From the NCBI GenBank assembly GCA_010909165.1, contig MU008195.1, forward strand, positions 496,001 through 560,000: a stretch of 64,000 nucleotides of DNA, given 5' to 3'. How positions within the stretch are numbered: the stretch's first letter is position 1; each line of letters starts with the position of its first letter. The translations under genes were made by a program, and so were the position numbers. This stretch comes from Anthoceros angustus. Its lineage: Eukaryota > Plantae > Anthocerotophyta. The notes below the pieces were generated by a model. The model had not been told where the DNA came from. It worked only from the letters and a program-made list of their open reading frames with translations, and searched no databases. Positions 24,261 to 35,870 of this stretch are shown here, one piece after another.

Positions 24261-25018
24261 TATAGAAGATCCCAAGTCTTTCCCTAACTTTCTTCTAAGT
24301 TATAAGCATTAGCAACAACTTCGGCCCCGGTTACCATCCTTCAAATGTCTAGCTGTCTTGTTTTCGGGGTGATGCAAGACAACCAATCCCTATTTATCAA
24401 TCTGCCATTCTTCGTAGGCCAACATCGATCCTCATCCTTCTTAAATTCTTTCTCAATTCCTTTCATCTCTGTCTGAAGGTCTGAGGAGCGCAACATGGAA
24501 ATCACATTATTGATCAACGACTTGTGACATGTTTTGAACATGCACAAAGCATAGGAACAATGTCAAGCAATCGAAGAGATGTCAATTTGGATGTTCCATA
24601 TGTATAGACTAAACAACAAGTCTTGAAGACAGATGTGTCTCGCAAGGTACACGTGCAAGTACTCCCCGTGGGCCCAGGCAAGGTCCTGCGGCTTGATACT
24701 TTGTAAAGTACTAAGTCCTATGTCAAGAAAATTCCATCCAAGTGGACTATTATTTAGACTTCTTCCTCTTCTAAGATGATGGTGACAAGCATATACCACA
24801 TGTTTTGGATGAAAAAAATAAAAATATACCAAGCACATATTCTTGATGTGGTTCCAAGGTAAGTAAGGTTCTTTAATGCAGGTGTGCTTGAGTCTTCTCA
24901 TTTCTTCCTAATATTTGCACAAGCAATTTGTGACATTTATGATCTAATGGTGGTTTGAGGAACCTTACTTCCCATGCAATCTTATCAAGTTATTTTGGGC
25001 CTAGTTTTCCATATATAT

Positions 25019-25275
25019 CACTACTAGAAAATCAGGCCAAAAACAATGAACTTTACAACGGCTTTTACTGTAATTTTATCACAGGCGTAGTAAAATACGT
25101 GTTATAAACACCCTTTTGTTATGGCTGTCGTAAAAGACTATCTCACATATACCTGGCTATATGCCGTATTGTATATGGTATTGTCCATGGTATATGGTGT
25201 ACCTTAACGAGGTATGTATACTATACATCGGTTAGACTTTACTACAATTGGTTACTACGGCTTTTAGGCCGGGCT
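25019..25275 (+). mobile_element. Orphan CACTA left end (TIR plus subterminal repeats)
   Basis: CACTACTAGAAAA at 25019 followed by TTTACAACGGCTTTTAC, GTAGTAAAA and GTCGTAAAA motifs; no matching right TIR found in the window. Confidence 0.7.
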
Positions 25276-26583
25276 TGCATGAAAGATACAAAGTTGGGGG
25301 ACCCAGTGCTTTGCCGGTTAGTGATGCCGACCCGGCTCGGAGCTAGGTTTAAACAAGAAGGCTATGCCGATCCGGAATGACCGCCATTATGGTAAGTGTG
25401 TAACAAATACCGATAACGAATATAAATATTCGTATAATAATTTCCGGGTATTAAAGGTCAATCATATTTAATGACTTAAAGATGTCGATCATGGCATGAG
25501 GACGGGCACGCTTGCCTATAATAATGTGAATACCTGAGTCGGTGTTATTCCCGAGCTTTTCGTAGCCGGCCCAGGCTACATGGAAACTGGCCCTTACTAA
25601 GTTATAGGGTTTTTGATAGAGACTGCTTCACTCAAGAAATTAATAACTCAAACAAAATTTTCATAGTTAACCTCCAAACTCTTAATTCCAAAACGGATTA
25701 CTGAATTGACGCAAAATGAGTTAATTTGCGTATGTTTCCGATAACTAAATTCTTTTGGTGATGCCTTTGTGCTTGGCTCATTTGAATAAAGTGTGTTGGA
25801 CATTTATCGACCATGCTAGATGCTGCAGGGAACAACATCGCTATATCTATCAGCATCTAGAGCACATCGATCACATAGATTCCAAAAGATGCCACCCATT
25901 CAAGGTAGTCTACCTCTAGTTGTATCCTACCGTAGTCCCTTCTACCCTGCACTTTGACCCGCCCTCTTGCTCGCTCCTATCCGATGGTCCACTCCCTTCC
26001 TATCCGTTGGTCGGTTGTCTGGGTTACACTAACAGATCTTCGGTGAGGATATTCCTCGTCTATTTAACATAGTGGTCACCAATTTTTCTCCAAAGACCGT
26101 GTCCAGTCGATAGTGTAGCACAGCATAGAGCTTGGTAGGTCTAGTTGATACCTACATCAAACTCTAGCAGTATTGTTTTGTGTAACCTCTGGTTAGCTTT
26201 ATTGGACAGGTCAATTTCTATTTCCAAAAGTAGTTAGGCATGATAGAGGACTCAATGGAACCCATTTTTTGGGAGGATATGCATCATATGATCTTTTGGC
26301 GATAAATTTTGCTCAAATTTTTCTTACATCCTGGATCATAATTAAGCAAAGATGCCCCATCTCATGTATAATTGTTTAGTCTCATCCATCCACTTGAAAA
26401 AATGTTGATGTAAGCTTTAGTAGCTAAACGTTTTTCAGAGGACATGGAATGGTAGAGGGGATCATCTTGGCCACTGTGAAGCAGATTACTGCACCAACTT
26501 ATTTTTTTGGAATTAGTTATAATTTCAAAACCTTAAATAAGTAAAAGTAGCTGAAACCCCGCTTTGGGGTTCAAGGGTTAATA

Positions 26584-27924
26584 TCAATCAGCCAATGATA
26601 AACAAATAGAAAGCATTCCGACAAAGAAATAGATAAAGAAGAAACCTAAAACATAAGGGGATACCAAGAAAAGAAACATATAGAAAGCTTGTTCCTCTCC
26701 AAGTGGAGGAGGAGCAGGAGGAGGATGTACGTGAGGTTTGGGGATGGAACAATTTAAAGAATATTTAGGATAACCTTTCAGATCAGCCAATCCCCAAAAT
26801 TGCTCAAACCATCGCCCGTGTAAAGTGGGTTTCAAGTTTTCGTCCACCAATCCAGATATAAAGACTTCAATAGCTTGGTTCGGTCGAAGTGGAGTACCCT
26901 TTCTGCTACGCAAATAGTTGCATAGACCTTGATTAAATCTTTGTGCAGATGTCACATTTGCAATGTCGGTACCACGTGTTGGCCATCCTACTCCATCCAC
27001 TATGATCTTCATGTCTGCGAACCCCATGTTTGTTAATGCACCTACAACCATGTCGTAGGTTGCTACAAAATCGTTGTGATAGCCATTTGCATCTCTATAA
27101 TGGCTGTGAAAAAATGCATCAGATAAAGGATAATGATCATCCTTATATATATCCAAGAATGGGTTTATATTGATTGTAAATGCTCCATTTATTGCATGTA
27201 AGAATTGAACAATGTCCGTCACCAATGCAGAAGAGTTTGCAGTGAAATTTGCCAATGATGGACTTCCATTGTTTGATATGATGTCTCCGCTAAACGGAAC
27301 GGTAAGAGTAACAATATGATCAAGACCTGTTTGTTTTAAAACATGATATAAATTTTTCAAAGTTGGCAATAATGCGACACTATATTTATCATAATGAGGA
27401 TCATAAGAGGACAACGCTTCGTAGCCTACGGCAAGTGATCTGTACAACATATTAAATTTGGAGTTAGATAACACACAATCAAATATTATGTTCAGCTTAA
27501 AAAAATTGGTAGAACATTAGACCACAAACATAAATCAAAAGACTTACGTGATATTCAATCCTGCATTGCGATAATGTATTACAAGGTCAAGAATCCAAAG
27601 ATGAGCTGCATTTTTATCTTTTGAAATATGTAAGGCATCATCGTTACTACATTGAACTACTACTTCAAAATGTAAATCTTGAGCCTGAAGACTTGAGTTA
27701 GAATATTCAGAATGAACAAATTCACTCAATATTGAATGATTTGATGGAAAGACCTTCACTTTATCAAATCCATACGATTTGATGAGTTTGACACCATGCT
27801 TTGCATCGAGAATTTGATTTGAAAGAGTCCCCCAATTAACACCAATTCCTTGAACTCCCAAAATGATCGTATGAAGAATAAATATGTAAATTACTATAAT
27901 AAGAAATATAATATTAGATTCCAT
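26584..27924 (-). CDS. GH17 beta-1,3-glucanase-like protein with signal peptide and C-terminal transmembrane segment; exons 27924-27548 and 27439-26584
   Basis: Signal peptide then IGVNWGTL, FDKVKVF, NIT/SLAVGYE, FTININPFL, IIVDGVGWPT, GTPLRP, LVDENLK, FEQFWGL; GTAAGT donor at 27547 and TACAG acceptor at 27440 join in frame; an alternative ATG lies at 27948. Confidence 0.88.
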
Positions 27925-28861
27925 CGCTATAAGATATTTCAGAGTCATGACATCACTCAATATTCCGACATCTTGTGATGAAAAACCTTGCTATCCAAAG
28001 CTTCGATGGGAATTACACTGAAAACATTCAAGTCAAAATAACCATATAAATGCTGATTGTCTTAAACTGAAACAAAATCTTCAAAAATGAATTACTTGCG
28101 AAAGAAGCACCAAAAAACAAAATCTTCAAAAATTTTACAAGACTTTAATGCTTCTAGACATAACATTCCCAACCCCATTAATCTAAGCAATGGAAGGGCA
28201 TTCATGACATAAACTAACTAACTCATAATATTACCTAATAGAGACTGTACTATTGTTTCAAAACAACAAAACTCATCATAAAAAACTCAAATCAAAGTGT
28301 CCTTGTGAGATACGCAAACAAACTACACCAATGAAGCTATCTCGCACATCCACATCAGTGGAAAAAACTTACATGAAAAATTTTGCAATCCTTATTCTCA
28401 CCGCGAGAACTCATTCCGGAAGGCTTACACTCTAGTTGTTCTTGGGGATATTCACACTCTATGAGATCTTTGAGTGAAAAAACCTTGCACTTAACCCAAA
28501 TCTAACTGTAAATGAGAAAATAATGCACAGAAAAACTTACACTCCATAAGGTACCGACAAATTGTTGCATGACACAGCTTTCGTAAACTCTCCATATGTT
28601 CAACTCTAAGAATCCTAAGAGATTGCGAGCTTAGGTTTTTTGGAGCTGGCGAGTGAGCACTTTAAGTATACATAAAACCTGAAAAGCAAGCCTTAAAAGA
28701 GAGGTGATTAATATTTCTGTTTATTACTTGTATATGAATTACTTCTAAAAATAATTCCTTGTTCAGTATAGCCTCAAGGGAAGTGGAGAAGTGATAGCCG
28801 TTGCTACGATCTGGTGTGATATGTTACCCGATGCGTGAGGTACATGTGGGGACTTATGAGG

Positions 28862-28970
28862 ATCCAATTTGGTGTGAAATATTGCTCGTGTATGACCAGG
28901 CCACTCCAATTTGGTGTGAAATATTGCTCGTGTATGACCAGGCCACTTCAATTTGGTATGAAATATTACT
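28862..28970 (+). repeat. 42 bp tandem repeat (~2.5 copies)
   Basis: TCCAATTTGGTGTGAAATATTGCTCGTGTATGACCAGGCCAC repeated. Confidence 0.85.
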
Positions 28971-29907
28971 CAATGCATAACTTATAATTTAGTACAAATC
29001 CTCCATAATTCTAGTACAAAACCAGCTCAAATCAATAAAAAAAAAATCGAGCGTTAAGTAGTGCTCCAATCACCATCTGCCCTAGCTAGCATGTCCCGGA
29101 GCCAGAGCCGGGTACATTTGGAGTGGGCTTATGTGGCGTGGGTGTTAAATGAATAGATGTTTTAATTGGAGATATATGTTAAAAATAAGTGCTTTAATTT
29201 ATTCAAAGTAGAATAGTTCGTTGGTGGTGGATTAGATGGGAACTCTATATAGTTAAGCACCCTGTGCCCGGATCCCTACGAGGATAGAGTGCCTTTTAAA
29301 GAAAAGTTTTGAAATAAAATAGGAAATTCTAATGACGGTATCTCGCGCGGGCTTCTCTTTGGGCTGATGATTATGCTGCCTCCATTTTCTTCTGCTTCAT
29401 GTTCGAGGTAGAGGAGGACGTTGATTTTGGAGAGCCAGCAAAAACCTAATGGTCTGTCCGGGATGTGGTCAGCTACTTTCCACCTGCTCTGAGAAGTCTG
29501 GTCTTGCTCTAACCACTTGAGCACCAGGGATAGTGATTTTGGGGGGATTACCCCCCAAACAGAGGTGAGAGCCTTTGCCACACCCCTGGAGTTAAAAGAA
29601 ACAGCACCCCTGATGCTTCTTCCCCAAAGGTGCCCGTTGTTGTTGATTCCTCTGCTATTGGTAAAGCGTGAAAGGTGGTGAAGAGCCCCAAGAGGAACAC
29701 TAACACTGGTGTTGGCTGCCCTGCTAAGGTTTCCTCTCCTACTACTTCTAGCAATGTCCAGGCGGAGGCCCCTCCTTCTGCTACTGGGGCACGAACACAT
29801 ACAGAGGTTATGTCGTCACGTGGTGACACTGCTGACAGGGGTTACTGTTCAGCGAAAAGGAAAAGCCCAGGCCTTACCACCTATCACCGACCCGCCGCTT
29901 GCTGAGA

Positions 29908-30986
29908 TTATGTCCGTGGCGCCCACGTATGCATGTGACATTGAGATGTTAGAACAGCAAGCGAATTGCTCACAAGAAGCAGATCCCCGGGTTTCACCCC
30001 ACTGGTCACAAACAAGCCCCGCCCCATCGACCCATCCCCTTGCTGGGCCAGCCTGATCTCCACCGGCCCCACAAAATCTTTGCACTTGGGAGCAACCACT
30101 CGCCCACCGCCAGCATAACAGTCGTTGAGATCAGCATACTTCCCCGACCTGCGCTGTTTGTCCCCTTCCTCCGCATCTCTGAGCATTCCCTCCAGCTTCG
30201 TCCGAGAAGGACCATCTAGCCCTCCATCCCTCATCACCTCATGCAGCAGCCGCGACGCCTCGTGGAAGATTTCCAACCCACACAGAGCCCTCACTTTCCT
30301 AGCTATGCTCTTCACATGACCAGCATCTTGCTCCAAAGCCTTGACAGCATCCCCCAGAGCCTCCTCATACTTCTCCAGCTTCAGCCAAGCCTCCGCCCTG
30401 TTGGAGTAGGCAAGGACAAAGCCCTCATTCACCCTCTCGCGATGCAGTTCCTCAGTCCCCTCTATCACAGAAACAAGCCTGCTAGACACCTCCACAGCCT
30501 TCACCCACTCCCCAGCTTTACAACACTTCCTTCCCTCCCCACGCAGCTCCTCCACGGATCGCAAAACTCCCTCTCCACTAGAGCTCGCACGCCCATCTGT
30601 CGCCTCTCTCGTGTACTTGGCTGCTTGCAATTGCCCTGCCCTTTGGACGGAGCCACATGCACAACGTCCTCATCCAAGCGCACTAAATCATCTGGATTGT
30701 CCACTCTCTCAACCAGACGCCCATCCTGGGCCACCTTGAAACACGGTTCCTTCACCGCAATCATCTGTCCCTTCGGAAAAAACTTGGCCACCATCCTCTC
30801 ATGAGCATTCGACTTGAGCGCGCGATACACTGTCAAAACGGTGACAGCCTCGGCCTCGGCCTCCAAAATTTTCATCACGGAAAAGAGGCGGAACGCGTCC
30901 TCGATCAGCTTGCCATACAGCACCCGCCCCTGGTGCCTCGTATCCGCTGTCAGCTCGCTGCACCACCCACAAGCACCCAATGCCAT
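29908..30986 (-). pseudogene. TPR + SET-domain gene (ATXR1/SDG35-like) with an extra N-terminal domain; frameshift near 30640 and truncated after the SET-N motif
   Basis: N-terminal HQGRVL...TVYR...KGQMIAVKEPCFK...RVDNPDDLV; TPRs (AYSNRAEAWLKLEKYEEALGDAVKAL); SET-N DFVGPVEI...MGRGLFVTSGVKPGDLLLVSN; stop at 29908; no NHSCxPN motif found downstream. Confidence 0.75.
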
Positions 30987-31305
30987 CCATCAATCAAGCA
31001 AACAATCTCCACCACCAGGCTTGCATGCAAAGAAACCATCCAATTCCTTGGAGCTTCCTGATCAGGATGTGGCGGAGGCTTGACAATCTAGAGCAGCTCT
31101 CAACGGGGGAGGTGGATCATCCAGCTTGGAAATCTTGAACTGGTTCGTGTGTCGAAGGTATGGGCTCTTCTGGGTGCCCTCGCAGCTCTGAAATCTACAA
31201 GCAAACTCTCCCCCGTCTCTCTGGGCGCGTAGATTGAAGCCACTCAGCAACCTGCTCATGGTATCCTCCGAACTCCCCATGGCTGGAACCATAATTGCTC
31301 TGCGA

Positions 31306-31383
31306 TGAAACCAGAATGGATGTGGGCTGAAACCAGAATTTCTCTCGTCTGAAACCAGAATGGCTCGGGCCTGAAACCAGAAT
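31306..31383 (+). promoter_or_regulatory. Four copies of TGAAACCAGAAT at an exact 22 bp period with unrelated 10 bp spacers
   Basis: Starts at 31306, 31328, 31350 and 31372, between the TPR-SET 5' end and the tRNA; the regulatory role is inferred. Confidence 0.45.
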
Positions 31384-31480
31384 GCCTCCGGTCTGCTAGA
31401 TTTAGTAGAGTGAGGCGTTGGGAGTGATTTCTAAACTTTTTTAGATTGATATATATAAAGCTGTCACTGGAACATAACAA

Positions 31481-31553
31481 GCCGCCCTAGCTCAGTTGGT
31501 AGAGCGCAAGGCTCTTAACCTTGTGGTCGGGGGTTCGAGCCCCCCGGGCGGCG
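31481..31553 (+). tRNA. tRNA-Lys(CTT)
   Basis: 73 nt cloverleaf: acceptor GCCGCCC/GGGCGGC, D-arm AGCTCAGTTGGTAGAGC, anticodon loop CTCTTAA, T-arm GGGGG-TTCGAGC-CCCCC; upstream ATATATAAA and CAA; downstream T5 at 31571. Confidence 0.96.
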
Positions 31554-31879
31554 AGCAAGTCAGATTGTCATTTTTATCTTGGGCTCACGAGGACACAAGC
31601 CTGAACCTGGCAGACATGCAGGATCGGAAATAGGCGTCGTGGCGGTTGTAACTGTGAGCACGTTGTGCCTCTTTGGGAAGCTTTCTGAGGCCGTTCCTAC
31701 AACTGTATCATGATATGCACGGGTCAGGAGGGTAGGCGGATGCTCACGTCTTTGTAGCTGCCCTTCTGGCTTGTGCATTTGCCCTTCTGACTTGGAATCT
31801 GGCCGAAGAGAACATGGCGGTGGATGGTAGGTGTAGCCGCTGTGCCTCCAGCTGTCCAAGCTGTGTTGTTCTTCTTGCG

Positions 31880-32420
31880 GGCATCGCCTCGCTGGCTTTA
31901 CAGATTTCTGGTAGAGATGTTCTGAGGATATTGGGAATATGCGTGTATGCCTTAGACTCCTTTCAGGTGCACTCTGATCTGTTGCAACACAATGGCATTC
32001 CTCTTAACATGTTTCTTGGCACCTGCCTGGTGAACATCTATGCAAAATGTGGGGGAGGTGGAAGAGCAGGGCAGGCAGCTGCATTCAGACTGTTGAAGGA
32101 GGACTGCTGGATAACGTAGTCGTGGGCAACTGCCTGGTGGACACGTATGTCAAAATGTGGCTAACTGGAAGCTTCACGCCGGGTTCTGGACATCATTGCC
32201 ACAAAGGATGTGGTGACACGGAATGCCCTGATATCTGGGTATGGTACTTGTGATATGATCACAGAGCACTAGCTGTCTTGGGGCGGATGTTAGTTGCCGG
32301 TATTCTGCCTGATGGTGCTACTTTTATTTTGCATTCTAATAGCATGCAGTCTCTGCAGCATGCAGTCCTTGGAGCAGGAGGGGCTGTTACTTCTGCTTTG
32401 CCTTTGGAAAGCCTGTGCAA
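31880..32420 (+). pseudogene. Degenerate PLS-class PPR fragment
   Basis: FLGTCLVNIYAKCG, NVVVGNCLVDTYVK, KDVVT.NALISGY, GILPDGATF in different frames with stops. Confidence 0.75.
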
Positions 32421-32479
32421 GCCCTGGTGTCTTACACAGGGGCTGGCTGGCTGTTGCACTCACAGATTGTTGAGCCACA

Positions 32480-32720
32480 TCGCCAATCCATACACAACCT
32501 TTCTTCTTAGGCCTTCCTACATCGCCAATTCGGACAAACCCACAAACAACACGCGGTTCCTGGACATGAACCGAATCAAATCGTTCATTCCGAAAATGTG
32601 TAGTTTCCAACCATAGACAGCTTTGGATGTTCCATGGAGCTTATGTTGTTTAGACTGGAGGATAGGCGCGTCTCGCAAGGTACGTGTGAAGTGATATCCT
32701 ACGGGAGGAAGCAACATGGG
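32480..32720 (-). pseudogene. Possible fragment of a DUF616-like N-terminal region
   Basis: RNERFDSVHVQEPRVVCGFV resembles the ERxxSF...VHCGFV segment of MUCI70-like proteins; short and frameshifted. Confidence 0.25.
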
Positions 32721-32897
32721 AGCGGCGCCATATGGGGCGTACGGGGATGATTAGATACATTCAAAATTGTGAGTTGCCATAAGATGTAACTTCGTGAGCT
32801 ACTATTGTAAGCACACGTATAGGTTTGAAGAAGAAAAGAATTTTATTTAAATCCACTAAGGACGGATTTTCGTCATGCAACTTGGTACTTTTAATAA

Positions 32898-33022
32898 CTT
32901 GTACCATGGTATGCCTAAGCAACTTGCACCAAGGGCATCCATTCCTTTAGGCACCCCATCTTGTACCATGGTATGTCTAAGCAACTTGCATGAAGGGCAT
33001 CCATTCCTTTAGGCACCCCATC
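32898..33022 (+). repeat. 62 bp direct repeat x2
   Basis: CTTGTACCATGGTATG...GGCACCCCAT at 32898 and 32960. Confidence 0.85.
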
Positions 33023-33439
33023 TAAGTACCGATCCAAGCGCAGGATGCTTAATAATAATGTTCTTATAAATGTGTGTCCATTTGGCCTAAGCCCTTTGGG
33101 TTAGAAGCAATAACTTATCTACAAGCCTCTATTAGTACACTATATGTTGACACAGTCTGTATGTCTTACATGACAGGTTTGGATGTCCAAGGGCATTAAA
33201 CTTCCATAGCCGCCGAGCTGCTTCCCGCGGTGATGAAACTGCGAATTCCTACGTGGGCTAGTTGAGTGATTCTTCTGCTCGTTTCTCACTTGCCGGGCGC
33301 TCCAAATGTGGGAGCTTCGGAATGCAATTCCCGTCACCTTCAAACCGTTTGCTACATTCTTGCTAATAGACCCACACTTGGGGCTCTTGTGGAGTACGTT
33401 TTATGAAGTCTATATAGGTTGTGTCTACTCACTGTCGTT

Positions 33440-33709
33440 CTGTAGACACACCTGCAATGCGGCTTCTTCGACACCGGTGGTAAGTAAGGCTTTTAAGACA
33501 CACCTGCAATGCGGCTTCTTCGACACCTGTGGTAAGTAAGGCTTTTTATATTCCTGACCACGAAGTTCTTCGGATAGTTGGTAGTTTTGAGATGCATGAC
33601 CGTGGGGGCTAGTCCCCTAGGATGGTGCCCTTCGTTGGGTTTTCCCTTTGTTTTTGGGATGGATAGCTTTTTCCCATCTTTCTTTTATAATAAAATCTTT
33701 GCTCTCTCT
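33440..33709 (+). mobile_element. Severely 5'-truncated CRE-like copy C (last codons plus 3' UTR), with an internal 52 bp duplication
   Basis: AASSTPVVSKAF.IPDHEVLRIVGSF matches the copy B C-terminus AASSAPVVGRPFIIPDHDILGAVGSY; UTR ends TTTTCCCATC...AATAAAATC..CTCTCTCT like copy A. Confidence 0.7.
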
Positions 33710-34154
33710 TGACCAAAGTAGGGCAATCTTGAACGTACAAGGTGTCTATGGGACATAGACTTGACCAAAGTAGGGCAATCTAGAATGTACATAGTGTCTA
33801 TGAACATTGAGACATAAAGGGAAAGTTCTTGATGGCCGAGGGCATTAAAGTGTACCTAGTCTACCTAGTTAATATTCATTTAAACCACTTCAGCAAAAAA
33901 GGGGTCCGGTTCCAACTGCTCAACGGCCTCCGTCCCTCCCTTAGCTCAGCCCCGTGCTGCGTTTTTCTGGACTCGCCGTGCGGATCCGGATCTTCGCGCT
34001 TTACTGGTTTTTTCAATGTACATATAAAGGTCCGAAATCGCGATAAAAAACTGCTCAACGGCCAAGGCCGCTGTCCATGGACAGTCCGAAGTCGTCCTGC
34101 CAGTGAGTCTCATAACCCACCTTCCCCTGGCCATGTGTTCGCCACCGTGGAGAG

Positions 34155-35870
34155 ATGGCTTGCATTCATGCGCTGCGAAGGAGCTTTGGTCGGGAATGGA
34201 GACGAAGGATATTTGCAAACCGAAATGTGGAGACCATGGCAGATCTGCTGCCGGCATGTCCTTACTTTCCGGCCACCATTTTCACATTGCTGAATTCGGA
34301 TCACACCGTTCCTGCTTACCAGAGATGTGATCGCACAGCAATCCGTGGCCCCCGCTTCACAGGGGAAGTCCAGGAGGAGCTCGGAGGGAAGCGTGTGAGC
34401 TCCAAGCCCCGGGCCCTTCTCTGCCAAACAGCGGGGTTTCTGTCGGGAGTCAGAAGCAGGGGCCCGGATGGAGGGGGAGGCACTGCAGGAGCTCCAACTT
34501 TTGATGCCCCCAAGGACGATATAAGGTGCATCGGCAAGTACCGGCTTGGAGGTGTGCTGGGGACTGGAGGATTTGCCATAGTGAGGAAGGCAGTGAACAC
34601 GGAGACCGGGCAGGTTGTGGCCATCAAGTGTCTGTTCAAACCGAGGCTGATGCGCCAATTGGAAAACTGGAAGTCGGAAATTGCGAGGGAAATCCATGCC
34701 ATGATGAGGATCAAGCATCCCAACGTGGTCAGGCTGCTGGACGTCTCAGCCAGCAAAACCTGGATATACCTGGTGATGGAGTTCATGGGCGGGGGAACCC
34801 TGTTTGAGACAATTGTGAACGCAAAGAAGCTGGAGGAAGACGTTGCAAGAAAGTATTTCCAGCAACTGCTTGATGCTTTGAACTACTGCCACACTAAGGG
34901 TGTCTGTCACAGGGATTTGAAGCCCGAAAATCTGCTTCTGGATTCCAAGAACCAGTTGAAGGTGGCGGATTTCGGGCTCGCTGCGCTTGGAGTCGCAGAC
35001 ATGTTCACTGAGGAGTCCGGGACCTACGAGCCAGTTGTAGGCCGCTCCATTGTGGGAACACCGTGTTACATGGCTCCAGAGGTTCTCACCCAAGACAAAC
35101 AGAAATGGCCGGGATATCTCGGCCCACCCGCAGATGTGTATTCTTGTGGGATCATTCTCTTCTGCATGCTCGCAGGATTCCCGCCCATTGATGCTGATTG
35201 CCGGCGATTGGAATTCATCAGAAGGGTTCAGAGAACAAACTTCAGCAGGTACCCGTACCCGCCAGACTTCTCTGCCCCCGTGAAGGAGCTGCTGGCCGCC
35301 ATGCTGAATCCCAAGCCGAAGAGCCGCCCTACAATCCAGCAGCTTTACAGCAAGCCGTGGGTGGCGGTGGGCTATACTCCGCCAGATCTCATGCACGTCG
35401 ACTATGTGGACGCGAGCTTGGAGAAAGTCGAGGCAGCCTTTAGGGGTCCTGCGCCACCGGCTGAGGAGGAAGAAAGGACACTGAATGCGTTTGAAATCAT
35501 CGCCAAGGCGGGCGGGATGGACCTTTCTCCCCTGTTTGGGGAGTCCAGGTCGCAGGTGGAAACCAGGTACACCAGCCCTTACGCCGCTGTGCAGACGGTG
35601 CAAATCTTTGCCAGCAGCTTCAGGCAGCTCAGATATTGCAAGGTCCAAGTGCGGGGACATCAGTTGCTCATAACGGTGGAAGGTGCTCCTCGAGGCGGCC
35701 TGGGCGCGCTTTCCGTCTTGGTCGATGTGCTGCGGGTGACGCCCAGATCCAGCGTTGCCGAACTGAGAAAACTCTCAGGCGACACTGCCGTATATTACGA
35801 AGTAATAGGTCACCTGAATCGTTCAATGGCTTCCCACTTCCCTACAGTGCAGGAGAAGAAGTCAGGATAG
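34155..35870 (+). CDS. CIPK: CBL-interacting serine/threonine kinase (CIPK/SnRK3-like), intronless; true start may be a downstream ATG
   Basis: GTGGFA, VAIK, HRDLKPENLLLD, DFG, GTPCYMAPE; NAF motif LNAFEII..GMDLSPLF; C-terminal ELRKLSGDT. Confidence 0.92.
   Translation: MACIHALRRSFGREWRRRIFANRNVETMADLLPACPYFPATIFTLLNSDHTVPAYQRCDRTAIRGPRFTGEVQEELGGKRVSSKPRALLCQTAGFLSGVRSRGPDGGGGTAGAPTFDAPKDDIRCIGKYRLGGVLGTGGFAIVRKAVNTETGQVVAIKCLFKPRLMRQLENWKSEIAREIHAMMRIKHPNVVRLLDVSASKTWIYLVMEFMGGGTLFETIVNAKKLEEDVARKYFQQLLDALNYCHTKGVCHRDLKPENLLLDSKNQLKVADFGLAALGVADMFTEESGTYEPVVGRSIVGTPCYMAPEVLTQDKQKWPGYLGPPADVYSCGIILFCMLAGFPPIDADCRRLEFIRRVQRTNFSRYPYPPDFSAPVKELLAAMLNPKPKSRPTIQQLYSKPWVAVGYTPPDLMHVDYVDASLEKVEAAFRGPAPPAEEEERTLNAFEIIAKAGGMDLSPLFGESRSQVETRYTSPYAAVQTVQIFASSFRQLRYCKVQVRGHQLLITVEGAPRGGLGALSVLVDVLRVTPRSSVAELRKLSGDTAVYYEVIGHLNRSMASHFPTVQEKKSG

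Noticed and set aside
24260-25010. Minus-strand ORFs of 68 and 112 aa
   Set aside because: No recognisable motif in any frame
29276-29905. Possible L1 ORF1 fragment (FFCFMFEVEEDV) truncating the SET gene
   Set aside because: One short motif with stops; insufficient to assign
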